Source: a virus
IMG/VR virus record: IMGVR_UViG_3300035703_000062
Span: 1 to 64,000 of that record
Strand: one strand, 5' to 3'
DNA: 64,000 bases
Under the pieces are notes generated by a model. That model did no database searches and had not been told where the DNA came from. It was given only the letters and a program-made list of their open reading frames with translations. This document shows, in pieces, positions 32,901 through 42,109 of this stretch; position 1 is the stretch's first letter, and every line of letters begins with the position of its first letter. Made by a program: the position numbers and the translations under genes.

Positions 32901-34713
32901 TGGTGCCGGCGTGTTGTTTGCTATTGATGCACTGGTTCAGCGGTTCATGAATGTCGGTAGCGCCATTCGTGACGTGGCGGCAGAAGCCAGAAGGGCAAAA
33001 GTAGATCTGGACTCTCTTGCCGCCGCCGGCCAGATTGCTGAAATCCAAGGCAAAAAACAGCTTGTTGAGCCACAGCTACAGTCCATTGAAAAAGCGCAAA
33101 GCATTCTTCAGAGGATGCAACAAGCTCGCGGTCAAGGACAAGCGCTGCAAATATCCCAGCAGGAATTTGAGACACTTCAAAGAACCGGGCTTGCATCGGG
33201 GGTTGATTACAGAGGTGGAGTTGCAAGAGCTGGCCGCGGTCAAATTGAGGCCAATCTTGAAGCGGCGCGTCGTGGTCGGGTTTCTCTTCTTAATCAACTT
33301 GGCGACTTAGACGAAGCCGAGCAGGAAGCATCGCGGCAAGCGATTATGGCAAGCGAGCGAAATCAAAGGCTTGAAAAAATAACTCTTGCCCCTGGAAAAG
33401 AGAAAAAAGATAAAAAACAAAGCATGTCTGATTTAATTGGAGGAGATATCGAAAGGTGGCTTGATGAAAGCCTTGCGGCGTTGGAACAGAATATACAAAC
33501 GCAACTTACTAACGTTGTCCGTGGAACAGACCTCACAGGAAAAATCAAGTACGGCGAAAACACGGAAGATGCCGAGCGTATGATCAAATACGCCGGCCAA
33601 TATCAAGAGGTGAGCCTTAAGGTGCTGGCTATTGATGAAACAATCAAGAAAGTCAGGGAGCAAGCTTCTGCTTTAGTCGCAAATGGCATCGACCCGGCAG
33701 AAAAGCTTGCAGCTCTTGAGTCAAAGAGACGAAATCTTGCATGGGAAGCTGCGACTATCTTCCAAAAGCATTCTGCCGATGCCATTGTGGCCGCAAAGAA
33801 AAGGGATGAGGAGCTTGAAAAAGAAAAGCAAAAACGCATGCAAATTGTTGAGCTTATCGAAGAGGCTGAAGTTGCTGCGGGCCTGCTCAGTCCCTTGGAA
33901 GCCGCTCGCCGCAAGCAGCAAAGGGGATTTGAGACGAACTTGGCAGAGGCCAAAAAGAATGGAACGCCAGAGCAAGTAGCGCGGCTAGAGGCGCTACAGG
34001 CAGCCACTCCAGTGGTCGGAAGCCTTGGTGAGGCCTATCAAAAGGCAAAGAATGAGCTTGATTTACTCCTGGATGGGACGACCGTAATTACTAGCGCTGC
34101 ACAAGGGTTTGGCGATGCGTTTAGCAAGGCATTCACTGACATCATTACAGGCGCACAAAGTTGGAAAGAAGGGCTTGGCAATGCGTTCAAAAGCGTTGCC
34201 AATATGTTTGCTGACATGGTTGCTCAAATGCTTGCCAAATGGGCTTTCATGCAAATCGTTGGTATGTTCTTGCCTGGTGCAGGTTCTTTTGCTGGTGGAA
34301 CGAAGCTTGGCGGATCGGTAGCAATGCCTTCAAGTGTGGGCATAGGCGCTGGCGGCGGCATCCTTCAGAACACTGGAGGTCAAGGATTTGGTACATTTGG
34401 TCCGAACTTTGGCATTCGTCAATTTGCAACCGGAGGCCTTGTAACTGGTCCCACCCTGGGTCTTGTGGGCGAAGGGCGCTTTAATGAGGCTGTGGTGCCG
34501 CTGCCTAACGGCAAGAGCATTCCCGTGGATCTTGGCCAGGGTGCTGGCAATAACATTTCTACTAACATTGTTGTCAATATGAACAATGGCCAATCGAACA
34601 GTCAGATGAGCGGACGCGGTGGTCAAGCACTGGGTCGCGAACTTGAAGGCGCTGTTCGTAATGTCATCCTGAAAGAAACCCGCCCAGGCGGCCTCATCTA
34701 CAGCGCACGCTAA
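29959..34713 (+). CDS. tape measure protein
   Basis: 1584 aa; A.AQMASKGQLSAEE..NQL tape-measure domain; FATGGLV..PT..L.GE and RPGG.I C-terminal motifs. Confidence 0.95.
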   Translation: MAAELRLGVSFDLVYFRQQLQKLGRIAASEFTAPIKIKLDRQVVDRELNNLQKSIKRRKYNIELNIAGNLSKKSFDELQERLDTLSQRKKIEVPVSIKNAATGKEISDAIAALRSRITQNQSVKQGGGKLRIGVSIQASISNDDIAKFKNAVKEKFAGITNKADVSIGVKNAASGKDVADTIAGIRSRINQNQGVKQGGGKLRVGLSIKPAITNADIAGFKRTVEEKFSGLSVKIKADVQAGFASGPTGAAGLYEYMRNEGLSGGNVPGAAQAGRRAQFEARVAQANTEQLQSMLRRADVPGRSGLRTKAAMQERLRQLDDAAMEGLLGNLEMRMREPRKVERSFLDKVARAVFWMAGVDPEYLRQQAAQRRALPNVSFPATVPPGPSIGPSSTGRALPPGAIPGALPGSAFARQRFLPPQIGQDLNNILRNAAFAFVDSLNSRIRQVSVREVGRQALPPSMIRGLLPAGVGREPSIYGGPAETDRTSFLQRRIDEALARSAERGAAIMANEPRKGVLGAGGSGTAGPYRPFAQPPRGGAIVPYQPQPSRPSAASPIDFSFFQQSKLPLTGAIRELGDEFGTAVKQVLLFGTAYKALAFVTSLPSEALNAATALQTFRNQLEAVTGGTAQAEQAFAFVSDVVSQLNIPLESARAGFIRMYASMEPAGIAKGDIENLFVGISKAAATFGMSTDEVNRVTNAFAQMASKGQLSAEEVKNQLGDVMPGALSLFARAAQMDIGTFLKAMEDGAFKADAMGQVLRNVGKLLNTEYGGAATNAANTLQGALNGLTTAVKLMYESFEPLVSVVASTLFPQIETVVIDAAEAVKAFAAGMQGAANPTAELSSNGLAMYNALGQVVEIAKSLEGIITGELGTALVRLGGLFLTVTEYIARLFNTGLGQWLTRIAIEVGLLTAAWGLLSASGIIPATVALLRFVATLNIAQLRVYIAGIMSMVSAFLSLINTTNLAKVAVLGFKTVVLGAVGAGVLFAIDALVQRFMNVGSAIRDVAAEARRAKVDLDSLAAAGQIAEIQGKKQLVEPQLQSIEKAQSILQRMQQARGQGQALQISQQEFETLQRTGLASGVDYRGGVARAGRGQIEANLEAARRGRVSLLNQLGDLDEAEQEASRQAIMASERNQRLEKITLAPGKEKKDKKQSMSDLIGGDIERWLDESLAALEQNIQTQLTNVVRGTDLTGKIKYGENTEDAERMIKYAGQYQEVSLKVLAIDETIKKVREQASALVANGIDPAEKLAALESKRRNLAWEAATIFQKHSADAIVAAKKRDEELEKEKQKRMQIVELIEEAEVAAGLLSPLEAARRKQQRGFETNLAEAKKNGTPEQVARLEALQAATPVVGSLGEAYQKAKNELDLLLDGTTVITSAAQGFGDAFSKAFTDIITGAQSWKEGLGNAFKSVANMFADMVAQMLAKWAFMQIVGMFLPGAGSFAGGTKLGGSVAMPSSVGIGAGGGILQNTGGQGFGTFGPNFGIRQFATGGLVTGPTLGLVGEGRFNEAVVPLPNGKSIPVDLGQGAGNNISTNIVVNMNNGQSNSQMSGRGGQALGRELEGAVRNVILKETRPGGLIYSAR

Positions 34714-34718
34714 TCACC

Positions 34719-35072
34719 ATGGCACAACCCACTCTCACTCTTGAAGTTGAATATGGCCTTACAGCGCGTAGAGGCACGCGCGTCAGGCGCGTGCAATTTG
34801 GCGATGGCTATGAACAGGTGGTACCTGATGGCGCAAACACTGACATCAGACGCTACGACATTAGGACTGTGCCAATCACTGATGCACAGGCGAGTGCATT
34901 AGACGATGATCTTTCCTCGTTGTCTGGTGATTTCTTCTATGCCCAATTCTTTCAAGATGATGCTAAGTACAAATACAGGCTCGATCCAAATGAATGGGCA
35001 TGGGAAAGCGTCGGTCCCGATGTGAATATAATTTCATTCTCTTGTAAGCGCGTGTACGACTCTAGGGATTGA
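34719..35072 (+). CDS. lambda gpM-like distal tail protein
   Basis: V..VQFGDGYEQ...DG.N. Confidence 0.88.
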   Translation: MAQPTLTLEVEYGLTARRGTRVRRVQFGDGYEQVVPDGANTDIRRYDIRTVPITDAQASALDDDLSSLSGDFFYAQFFQDDAKYKYRLDPNEWAWESVGPDVNIISFSCKRVYDSRD

Positions 35073-35074
35073 CG

Positions 35075-36475
35075 ATGACTATTGAAGCTGATGTAGCACA
35101 AACATGGCATGACGCCATCATTGAGCTGTTTGAACTTGATCTAAAGCCAATTACTGGTAGCTCGACGGATAAGTATTATTTCACGGCCAATTTGATGCCA
35201 GATAATACGAAGATCAAGTGGAAAGGAATCACGTATGAGCCACTTCCCATTGCTGCTGCTGGCTTTGAGCGCACGACCAAAGGACAGATTCCGGCGCCTG
35301 AATTGACAGTGGCCAACGTCTTAGGGACGTTGGCTTCAGTGGTTAATACGCTCGACGACTTGGTAGGAGCAAAGGTTACCAGGCGTCGTACATTGTTGAA
35401 ATATCTTGATGGCGGAAGCACTCCCGATCAGTCGCAAGAGTTCCCTGATGACGTATTTTACATTGAACGCAAAGTAGCGGAAAGCAGTATCACTATTACG
35501 TGGCAACTTGCTAGCAAAATTGATCTGGAAGGGGTGCAGCTTCCAAGGCGAATTATCACGCAAAACTATTGCCTCTGGGAATATCGCGGGTCTGAATGCG
35601 GATATAACGGACCAGCAGTGGCCAATGAATTTGACAGGCCAATCACTGTCAGCGGGGCATCGTCTGCATCAGGACAGGCATATTTAGCTGCATACGAAGC
35701 ATATGATGCGGCAAAGAAAAAACTTGCAACGGCGGAAGCAAAAAAGAATAACTTGCTTGGACAAAAAAATGCCGCCTGCGATGAGAATGCCGCAGATACT
35801 GAGCAGGTAAGTTTTGTATTTAAATCAGGAGGATTTCAAGATTATTCTTTCGTCATTCAAGACGGTGATGGAAACAATATTGTTGCAGTGTGGGACGGAG
35901 AAAAAGCTCGCATAAGCGGCACGCAACCTCCTTATCGCCCAGACTTCAAGCAGAACACAGGTAGAGGCCCCGGTAGCGACCGCAACGGCACAGGGCCTGC
36001 GTACAAGGTTGTTCAATACGTTGCAGCCAGTGGCGGCACTCTCGACAAAGTAGATGTTGGGTTTAGTAGCGACACGTTTGGCATTAAAGACCTCAATAAC
36101 GTCGCATTGCTTTTTGTCAATGGATCTCCTGTGCAAGTAAGGGCTAATTCGTTTTCTGCTGGATATGACCTCGGCAGTCAAGGTAGCGACGGTTTTGCAC
36201 CGATGAGAAGCATTGCCAAGTTGGATTACGGTGGCTCTAGTTGTTCAACAATTAGTGATCAATACGACAGCGCCTTGGCCGCTTATAACACTGCGGTGTC
36301 TGAGCTTGCCGCTGCTGAAGCAGCGCTAGATGCCGCCTATGCAGCATTGCCATCAAGTGATGAAGTGAAAAAACGTGACAAATGTGGCAAGCGTCTTCAA
36401 AGTTGTCAGCTACGTTTTGGAATTAAAAGCTCACTTCCATTTGGTGGGTTCCCAGGAGCCAACCTCACACGATGA
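35075..36475 (+). CDS. lambda gpL-like tail tip protein with large insertion
   Basis: IELFELD, RRRTL.KYLD, C.W.YRG.ECGY and C.KRL.SC.LRF..LPFGGFP. Confidence 0.9.
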   Translation: MTIEADVAQTWHDAIIELFELDLKPITGSSTDKYYFTANLMPDNTKIKWKGITYEPLPIAAAGFERTTKGQIPAPELTVANVLGTLASVVNTLDDLVGAKVTRRRTLLKYLDGGSTPDQSQEFPDDVFYIERKVAESSITITWQLASKIDLEGVQLPRRIITQNYCLWEYRGSECGYNGPAVANEFDRPITVSGASSASGQAYLAAYEAYDAAKKKLATAEAKKNNLLGQKNAACDENAADTEQVSFVFKSGGFQDYSFVIQDGDGNNIVAVWDGEKARISGTQPPYRPDFKQNTGRGPGSDRNGTGPAYKVVQYVAASGGTLDKVDVGFSSDTFGIKDLNNVALLFVNGSPVQVRANSFSAGYDLGSQGSDGFAPMRSIAKLDYGGSSCSTISDQYDSALAAYNTAVSELAAAEAALDAAYAALPSSDEVKKRDKCGKRLQSCQLRFGIKSSLPFGGFPGANLTR

Positions 36476-37179
36476 TTAGCCTTTCTATCAAGCAGGCAAT
36501 AGCAGGAGAAGCCCGTAAGGCTTCTCCTGAGGAATGTTGTGGCTTTGTCGTGAATGGTGAGATAGTGCCATGCCACAACACCTCTCCATGTCCTGAGGAT
36601 CATTTCACCATTGCTGCAGAGGATTACGCGAGGGCGTCGGCCATGGGAGATATTGAAGCTGTATATCATTCGCATGTGAATGGCGTCAGGGGATTTTCAC
36701 GCCCCGACATTGCTGCGTGCAAGCAAAGTAATTTGCCGTGGATTGTTTTTCATGCTCCATCGGCAGATTTCTTCTACGCCAACCCCACCGGCGACGCCCC
36801 GTATGTAGGAAGGCAGTGGAGTTATGGCATCCACGATTGCTATGGTATTCTGCGTGATTTTTATAAGCGTGAATTTGGAATAGAGCTAGACGATTTTGAA
36901 CGCGGCGAAGAAAACGAATGGGAAAGTAAAAGTTGGACGATGTTTGTTGACAATTACTCCGAGCAGGGCTTCTATGAAATTGAAACGCCGGAGCGGAAGG
37001 GGGATTTCCTGTTGATGCAAATTGGGGCTCCGTCTCCAAATCATGCGGGAGTGATGAGCGGAGACGGCAATTGTTTTTACCACCATCTCATGGATAGGCT
37101 GTCAGAGAAGAGTGTCTATGGAGGATATTGGGCTAAAGTAACAACTAAAGTGCTGCGACATAAGGACGTAAAGGAATGA
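36472..37179 (+). CDS. lambda gpK-like tail assembly protein (JAB + NlpC/P60)
   Basis: P.ECCG, YHSH, DCY, NHAGV. Confidence 0.92.
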   Translation: MISLSIKQAIAGEARKASPEECCGFVVNGEIVPCHNTSPCPEDHFTIAAEDYARASAMGDIEAVYHSHVNGVRGFSRPDIAACKQSNLPWIVFHAPSADFFYANPTGDAPYVGRQWSYGIHDCYGILRDFYKREFGIELDDFERGEENEWESKSWTMFVDNYSEQGFYEIETPERKGDFLLMQIGAPSPNHAGVMSGDGNCFYHHLMDRLSEKSVYGGYWAKVTTKVLRHKDVKE

Positions 37180-37787
37180 AGCGGCGAATGGTGCAAGTGA
37201 AGCTCCTAGGGGAGCTTGGACGGCGTTTTGGACGTTCGTATAGCTTTATGGTGCGCAACCCTCGTGATGTCATTTCGGCGCTAGCCAACCAGCTTGATGG
37301 ATTTAAGGAGTATCTTTGCGGGGCTCACGAGAACGGAATGGGCTTCAAGTTGGTGGACAATGATCCAACTGGCATGAGCTACGAGGAGATGATGATGAGC
37401 TGCCAGCAGTTAATTATTGCTCCTGTGATTAGCGGATCTGGCGGCAAGGGTTTTTCAATTGGACAGATCTTGGTTGGTGCTTTGTTGATTGGCCTGGCAT
37501 TTATTCCAGGCGTTGGCGCTGCTGCTGCAACAGGGGCGCTAACAAAAGTTGGCACGGTTTTATTTGGACTTGGTGCAAGCTTAGTCCTTACTGGTATTGC
37601 GGGCCTTCTCACGCCTCCCGTACAAACGCCAAGTTCCGACTCCAAGAAAAAGGATAGCTTCATGTTTGATCGGGCAGTGGAGCTTACCACTCAGGGCTAT
37701 CCCATCCCATTGCTGTACGGGCGTTATCTGGCCGTTTCCCCATTGACCATTTCTTCTGCCATTAGCACTGAAAGCATTCCTGTTTGA
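37176..37787 (+). CDS. lambda gpI-like tail assembly protein
   Basis: V.L.GELG.RFG, PVISG.G, QG.PIP.LYG. Confidence 0.9.
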   Translation: MKRRMVQVKLLGELGRRFGRSYSFMVRNPRDVISALANQLDGFKEYLCGAHENGMGFKLVDNDPTGMSYEEMMMSCQQLIIAPVISGSGGKGFSIGQILVGALLIGLAFIPGVGAAAATGALTKVGTVLFGLGASLVLTGIAGLLTPPVQTPSSDSKKKDSFMFDRAVELTTQGYPIPLLYGRYLAVSPLTISSAISTESIPV

Positions 37788-37789
37788 CG

Positions 37790-39775
37790 ATGGAAGAAAA
37801 CCTTGCTGGCGATGTTCAATATTGGTCTCTCAGCGGATCCGGTGGCGGCAAGAGCGGCGGTGACGCGCCAACGGAAGACCCAGATTCTCTACGGAGCAAG
37901 GCGAAGGCTAGTGTGTTGTCCTTGTTTTGCGAAGGAGAGATTCAAGGGTTTCCAGATGATTTCACTGCAAATCAAAGAAATCAGCGCATCTTCCTAAACG
38001 ACACAGCTTTAGTTGGAAAGGATGGAAAAGAAAATTTTGAAGACGTGGAAGTTGTCTTTGCTCGTGGGACACAAAACCAGGCGTCCCTGCGGGGCTTCAA
38101 TGAAATTCGCGTTGAGCAATCAATTGGCACAAAAGTAACAAAAGATATTGGCCCTGTAGTTGCTACCACTAGCAGCTCAAGTCTTGATCGCCTTAATGTG
38201 CGAATTGGCGTGGCCTCCTTGTTTCAAGTGGAGGATGACGGCGACACAAAGGGAACGGAAGTGGAGTTTAATATTCAAATATTTTCCTCTACTGACGATA
38301 GTACTCCCATCGTTGACAAGAACGAAAAGATCAAGGGAAAGTCGCGTGGCCCATATGATGTGGAATACAATTTTAATCTTTCTGGTACTGGCCCATGGAC
38401 AGTGAAGGTCAAAAGATTGACCAAGGATCCCGAAAACCTAAGGACTAATAGCGATCTTTATTTCAAAGCAATCGTCGGCATTATTCAAGAAACATTGCGC
38501 TATCCAAACTCGGCGCTTATTGGATTCACTGTTTCCTCTGAGTTTTTCCAAAGCGTGCCCGACATTTCGGCAGAATTGCTTGGATTAAAAATAAAGGTGC
38601 CGGTCAACTATGACAGAGCAGCAAATAAATACTCTGGAGTTTGGAATGGGCAATTCAAGACTGAATACAACAATAATCCAGTGTGGGTTTTCTATGATTT
38701 GTTGACTAATCCTCGTTATGGATGTGGTCAGTTCATCGAGAAAAAGGATATTGATATTTATTCGCTTCTTCCCATTGCAAAATATTGCGACGAAAAAGTA
38801 AGCGATGGAAAAGGTGGCGAGGAAAAGCGCTTTGAATTCAATGCCTACATTAATAATCGTGGCGAGGCCTATGAAGTACTGAACTCTTTAGCCGCAGCAT
38901 TTCGCGGAATGATTTATTACGCACAGGGACAGATTGTCGCCACACAAGACCGCCCTGCTTCCGTTGTCAAGCAATTTTCACCAGCCAATGTGATCGTAGA
39001 AGTGGCGGAAGGCGGAGAATTAACTCAACCTGCTTTTGTGTACGAAGGCACGGGGCTTAAAGCACGCAAAACTGTGGCCTTGGTTTCGTGGAATGACAAG
39101 AATGATCGATATAGGAGCAAGATTGAATATGTGGAAGATAGGAATGCAATTGAACGCTATGGCATTCGTGAATTGGAAGTCAGGGCATTGGGCTGCACTT
39201 CACAAGGGCAAGCTCAGCGCGTAGGGCGCTGGGCGCTTGTTACCAATTTGAATGAAACGGAAACTGTTACGTTCAAAGTGGCAGCAGAAGGCTTTTTCTT
39301 GATGCCTGGCGAAGTTATTGAAATTGCTGATCCTTACAAAAATGTTGGCATTTACGCAGGAACGCTTGCTGCCGCAGGCACGAGTGCAGTAGTTCTTGAC
39401 AGGGAAGTTCCACTAGAGGCAGGCAAGACTTATGAAATTATCATTCGCACTGCTGACGGACTGGATCTCACTTCAACTATTACCAGTAGCCCAGGCTCCG
39501 TTGACAATATCAGCTTTTCACCATCATTTACTGAAGAGCCAGACCTCCCTGCTGCATGGATTATTCGAGAGGCTGGCGCAGAGCCAAGAAAATACCGCGT
39601 AATTGCGTTGAATGAAGACGACAACGTGGTAACAGTGCTGGCTTCTGCTTACTATGAAGACAAGTATGACATTGTTGATGACTCAACGATACTGTCATCA
39701 CAGACCACTTCCATCGCTGGATTTGTCGTCACGCCAACAGTGAGCGTCGGAAGTATTGTTTTACGAGGAACGTAA
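37790..39775 (+). CDS. lambda gpJ-like central tail protein (N-terminal part)
   Basis: EGEI.G, YPNSAL, WNG.FK...NNP.W..YDLLTN.RYG, GCTS.GQA.R.GRW. Confidence 0.92.
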   Translation: MEENLAGDVQYWSLSGSGGGKSGGDAPTEDPDSLRSKAKASVLSLFCEGEIQGFPDDFTANQRNQRIFLNDTALVGKDGKENFEDVEVVFARGTQNQASLRGFNEIRVEQSIGTKVTKDIGPVVATTSSSSLDRLNVRIGVASLFQVEDDGDTKGTEVEFNIQIFSSTDDSTPIVDKNEKIKGKSRGPYDVEYNFNLSGTGPWTVKVKRLTKDPENLRTNSDLYFKAIVGIIQETLRYPNSALIGFTVSSEFFQSVPDISAELLGLKIKVPVNYDRAANKYSGVWNGQFKTEYNNNPVWVFYDLLTNPRYGCGQFIEKKDIDIYSLLPIAKYCDEKVSDGKGGEEKRFEFNAYINNRGEAYEVLNSLAAAFRGMIYYAQGQIVATQDRPASVVKQFSPANVIVEVAEGGELTQPAFVYEGTGLKARKTVALVSWNDKNDRYRSKIEYVEDRNAIERYGIRELEVRALGCTSQGQAQRVGRWALVTNLNETETVTFKVAAEGFFLMPGEVIEIADPYKNVGIYAGTLAAAGTSAVVLDREVPLEAGKTYEIIIRTADGLDLTSTITSSPGSVDNISFSPSFTEEPDLPAAWIIREAGAEPRKYRVIALNEDDNVVTVLASAYYEDKYDIVDDSTILSSQTTSIAGFVVTPTVSVGSIVLRGT

Positions 39776-40170
39776 TGGCGCAAATTGACGCAACTTGGCA
39801 GTGGCCACAGTACACGGGCTATTCAGTGCTCAATGCGATCAATCCCGCCATCTGTTGGCAGGAACCTCGCAACAATCCTTTGATTAAGGAGTTTGCAGTA
39901 GAACTGTATCGCGAAGAAGACGACCACTGGGTGGATCTTGGTCATACAACTAACGACTACGTAAAGATTGACACTGGCGATTACGACATTAGATCTTCTT
40001 ATCAGATCAGGATTGCTACAATCGGGGTAAATAGACGGCAATCCCCGTGGTCTTATAGCCAGCGGTTCATTGCATCGCCATTGAGGTTTGACTTCACGTC
40101 GTCCAATACGGTACGACTTCCCGATGGCTCCTCTAAATTAAACCAGCGTCTGTTGTTTTTGCTTTTTTAA
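39775..40170 (+). CDS. FN3-like tail tip protein (detached gpJ segment)
   Basis: TAATG coupling; W..P...Y.IRIA.I....RQS.W pattern. Confidence 0.55.
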   Translation: MAQIDATWQWPQYTGYSVLNAINPAICWQEPRNNPLIKEFAVELYREEDDHWVDLGHTTNDYVKIDTGDYDIRSSYQIRIATIGVNRRQSPWSYSQRFIASPLRFDFTSSNTVRLPDGSSKLNQRLLFLLF

Positions 40171-40172
40171 TC

Positions 40173-40577
40173 ATGGCACTGTTTGGTCTTGATGCCGCTG
40201 GTAACTCTGCTTACGTGCAGGCCGTTGGCAATGGCGCGGAAGAAACTCCCTATATTTTGCAGCACGATATTTTGCCTTCCGGCATCAAGAGCGCGTGGGT
40301 GGCTAGCACGAGCGGAGAAATTGTAGTTTCTGGCGTGGCTACCAAAGCGCTGCGAGTATTGAACGTGGCCATTACGGCAACAAGCGGCGGCACCGTCCAG
40401 TTCCGTAGCGGCGCATCTGGAATTACTCTCACCCCTCCTTTTCTCATTCCATCGTCTGGTCAGTTCATCCTGTCCAACCCCATGGGCATCATTTCTACCA
40501 CTGCAGGCGAAGCATTGCAGACAGTGGTGAGCAGCGGAATTGAATATCAAGCTTTTGTCACCTATCGCGAGGTGTGA
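40173..40577 (+). CDS. putative virion protein
   Basis: beta-rich, tail operon. Confidence 0.65.
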   Translation: MALFGLDAAGNSAYVQAVGNGAEETPYILQHDILPSGIKSAWVASTSGEIVVSGVATKALRVLNVAITATSGGTVQFRSGASGITLTPPFLIPSSGQFILSNPMGIISTTAGEALQTVVSSGIEYQAFVTYREV

Positions 40578-41404
40578 GCATGACACGTATTGTCGGCAGG
40601 CTTGACGGCCCTGAGGGGCCATTGAATGGCCGTTTGTTTGTCAAGGCTGGGGGCGCCTTCATTGGCGCCCCTGCTGGCGATTTGGTGTTCAAGATTGCCG
40701 ATGGCATTGTTGACATTGAACTGCCTCCATGTCCTGCGGGATTGCCGTATGCCGTGGACTGGCGGGCGATTGGCGACACGCGCCGCCTCTCCTATGTAGA
40801 GCGATGGAGGGTGGCTCCAGTGGAAGAGATGAGCCTTGACGAGGCTCGTGGGCTTATCAGAGCAGATGGCCGGCGTGTTGCCAGAGCAAGCAAGGGTGAT
40901 TTAATCGAGGCCACTATGCTTCGTAACGAGGCGGAAGAGCTTAAGCGCAGGGTGGCTGAGCTTGAAAGCGAAAACAGCTCTCTCCTTCGTCAACTAAGCC
41001 AGTCTGAAGGCGGGGCCGCCGCAGCACAAGCGCAGGCGGCTTCGCTGTCTGCAGAGCTTGGCAAAGTGAAGCAACAACTGGCTGCAGCACCTAAGCCACA
41101 AGTCATCGAAACCGAGCGCGTGATTGAGCGCGTTGTGTCTGATGGTGAGAAAGCGGAAGAAATTGCAGGCTACGTGCAAAAGATTGCACTGCTGGAAGAA
41201 GAAAACCAGCGACTAGCGGAAGGGTTTAACGAAACGCTTTCTCTTAGCACGCATTTTGCGAACCTGCATGCACAGATTGATAGACTGAGCAATGAGAAGC
41301 AGCAACTTCTTCTTCGCATTGAAGAGCTGAAGGCGCCCATGCGTACCACGTCTTCACTGCGCAGTGAAGCCATTGCAAACCTCGACAAATTAACTAACGG
41401 CTAA
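40574..41404 (+). CDS. coiled-coil protein
   Basis: heptad-rich C-terminal half. Confidence 0.7.
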   Translation: MSMTRIVGRLDGPEGPLNGRLFVKAGGAFIGAPAGDLVFKIADGIVDIELPPCPAGLPYAVDWRAIGDTRRLSYVERWRVAPVEEMSLDEARGLIRADGRRVARASKGDLIEATMLRNEAEELKRRVAELESENSSLLRQLSQSEGGAAAAQAQAASLSAELGKVKQQLAAAPKPQVIETERVIERVVSDGEKAEEIAGYVQKIALLEEENQRLAEGFNETLSLSTHFANLHAQIDRLSNEKQQLLLRIEELKAPMRTTSSLRSEAIANLDKLTNG

Positions 41405-42081
41405 TGGAAAGCATTAACGTCACAGTTCGCGAAGGGGACAGCTTTGACGAGCTGTATCTTGCTTTCCAGAAGCCAGTTGGCACTCCTCGTAACTTTACGA
41501 GCAGCGAAGTAGTTGCTCAAATCAAAGAAACTTTTGGCGGGAACGTAGTTGATACTTTTGGTATCACAAAACTACCGACGACAGGTCATCTGAAACTCGC
41601 GCTCACTTCTTCTCAAACTGAAGCGCTTCGTCGCAACATTGCCACTGGTTACGACGAGCGTGCCATCACTTATGACGTGGGCCGTCAAGCTGCAGACCCC
41701 GCTGATATTGGTGCTCTCTATCTATGGGATTTGAAAGAGCTGTACTACGTCGATGAGGGCAGTGGAATTGCTTCTATCACTCAAGGCACTGTCGTGGATG
41801 TGGGGCTCGGCACCTATCGCATGCGGGTTACAACCAGTGGCAATCATAATTTGACCTCCACTGACATTGTTCGCCTTTCTGGGACTAGCGTTTCTGGCTA
41901 CAATCTCACTTACACCGCTAACACTTTGAATATTGTTTCTAACACAGTGTTTGAAGTGGTGCCAAGTGGTGGTACTCCCTTGTTTAGTTCCGTTGCCTCT
42001 GGTGGCACTCTAAAAGTGCTGAAAGAGGATACGATTGTATTAGGAACACTGCAAGTGAAGCCTCGCATCACTTCAATCTGA
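41404..42081 (+). CDS. putative tail/baseplate adaptor protein
   Basis: N.TVR.GD.F...L.LT..QT..L...G...V.P pattern with inserted domain. Confidence 0.6.
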   Translation: MESINVTVREGDSFDELYLAFQKPVGTPRNFTSSEVVAQIKETFGGNVVDTFGITKLPTTGHLKLALTSSQTEALRRNIATGYDERAITYDVGRQAADPADIGALYLWDLKELYYVDEGSGIASITQGTVVDVGLGTYRMRVTTSGNHNLTSTDIVRLSGTSVSGYNLTYTANTLNIVSNTVFEVVPSGGTPLFSSVASGGTLKVLKEDTIVLGTLQVKPRITSI

Positions 42082-42109
42082 GCCTCGCATTACAACGACT
42101 TAAGGAACA

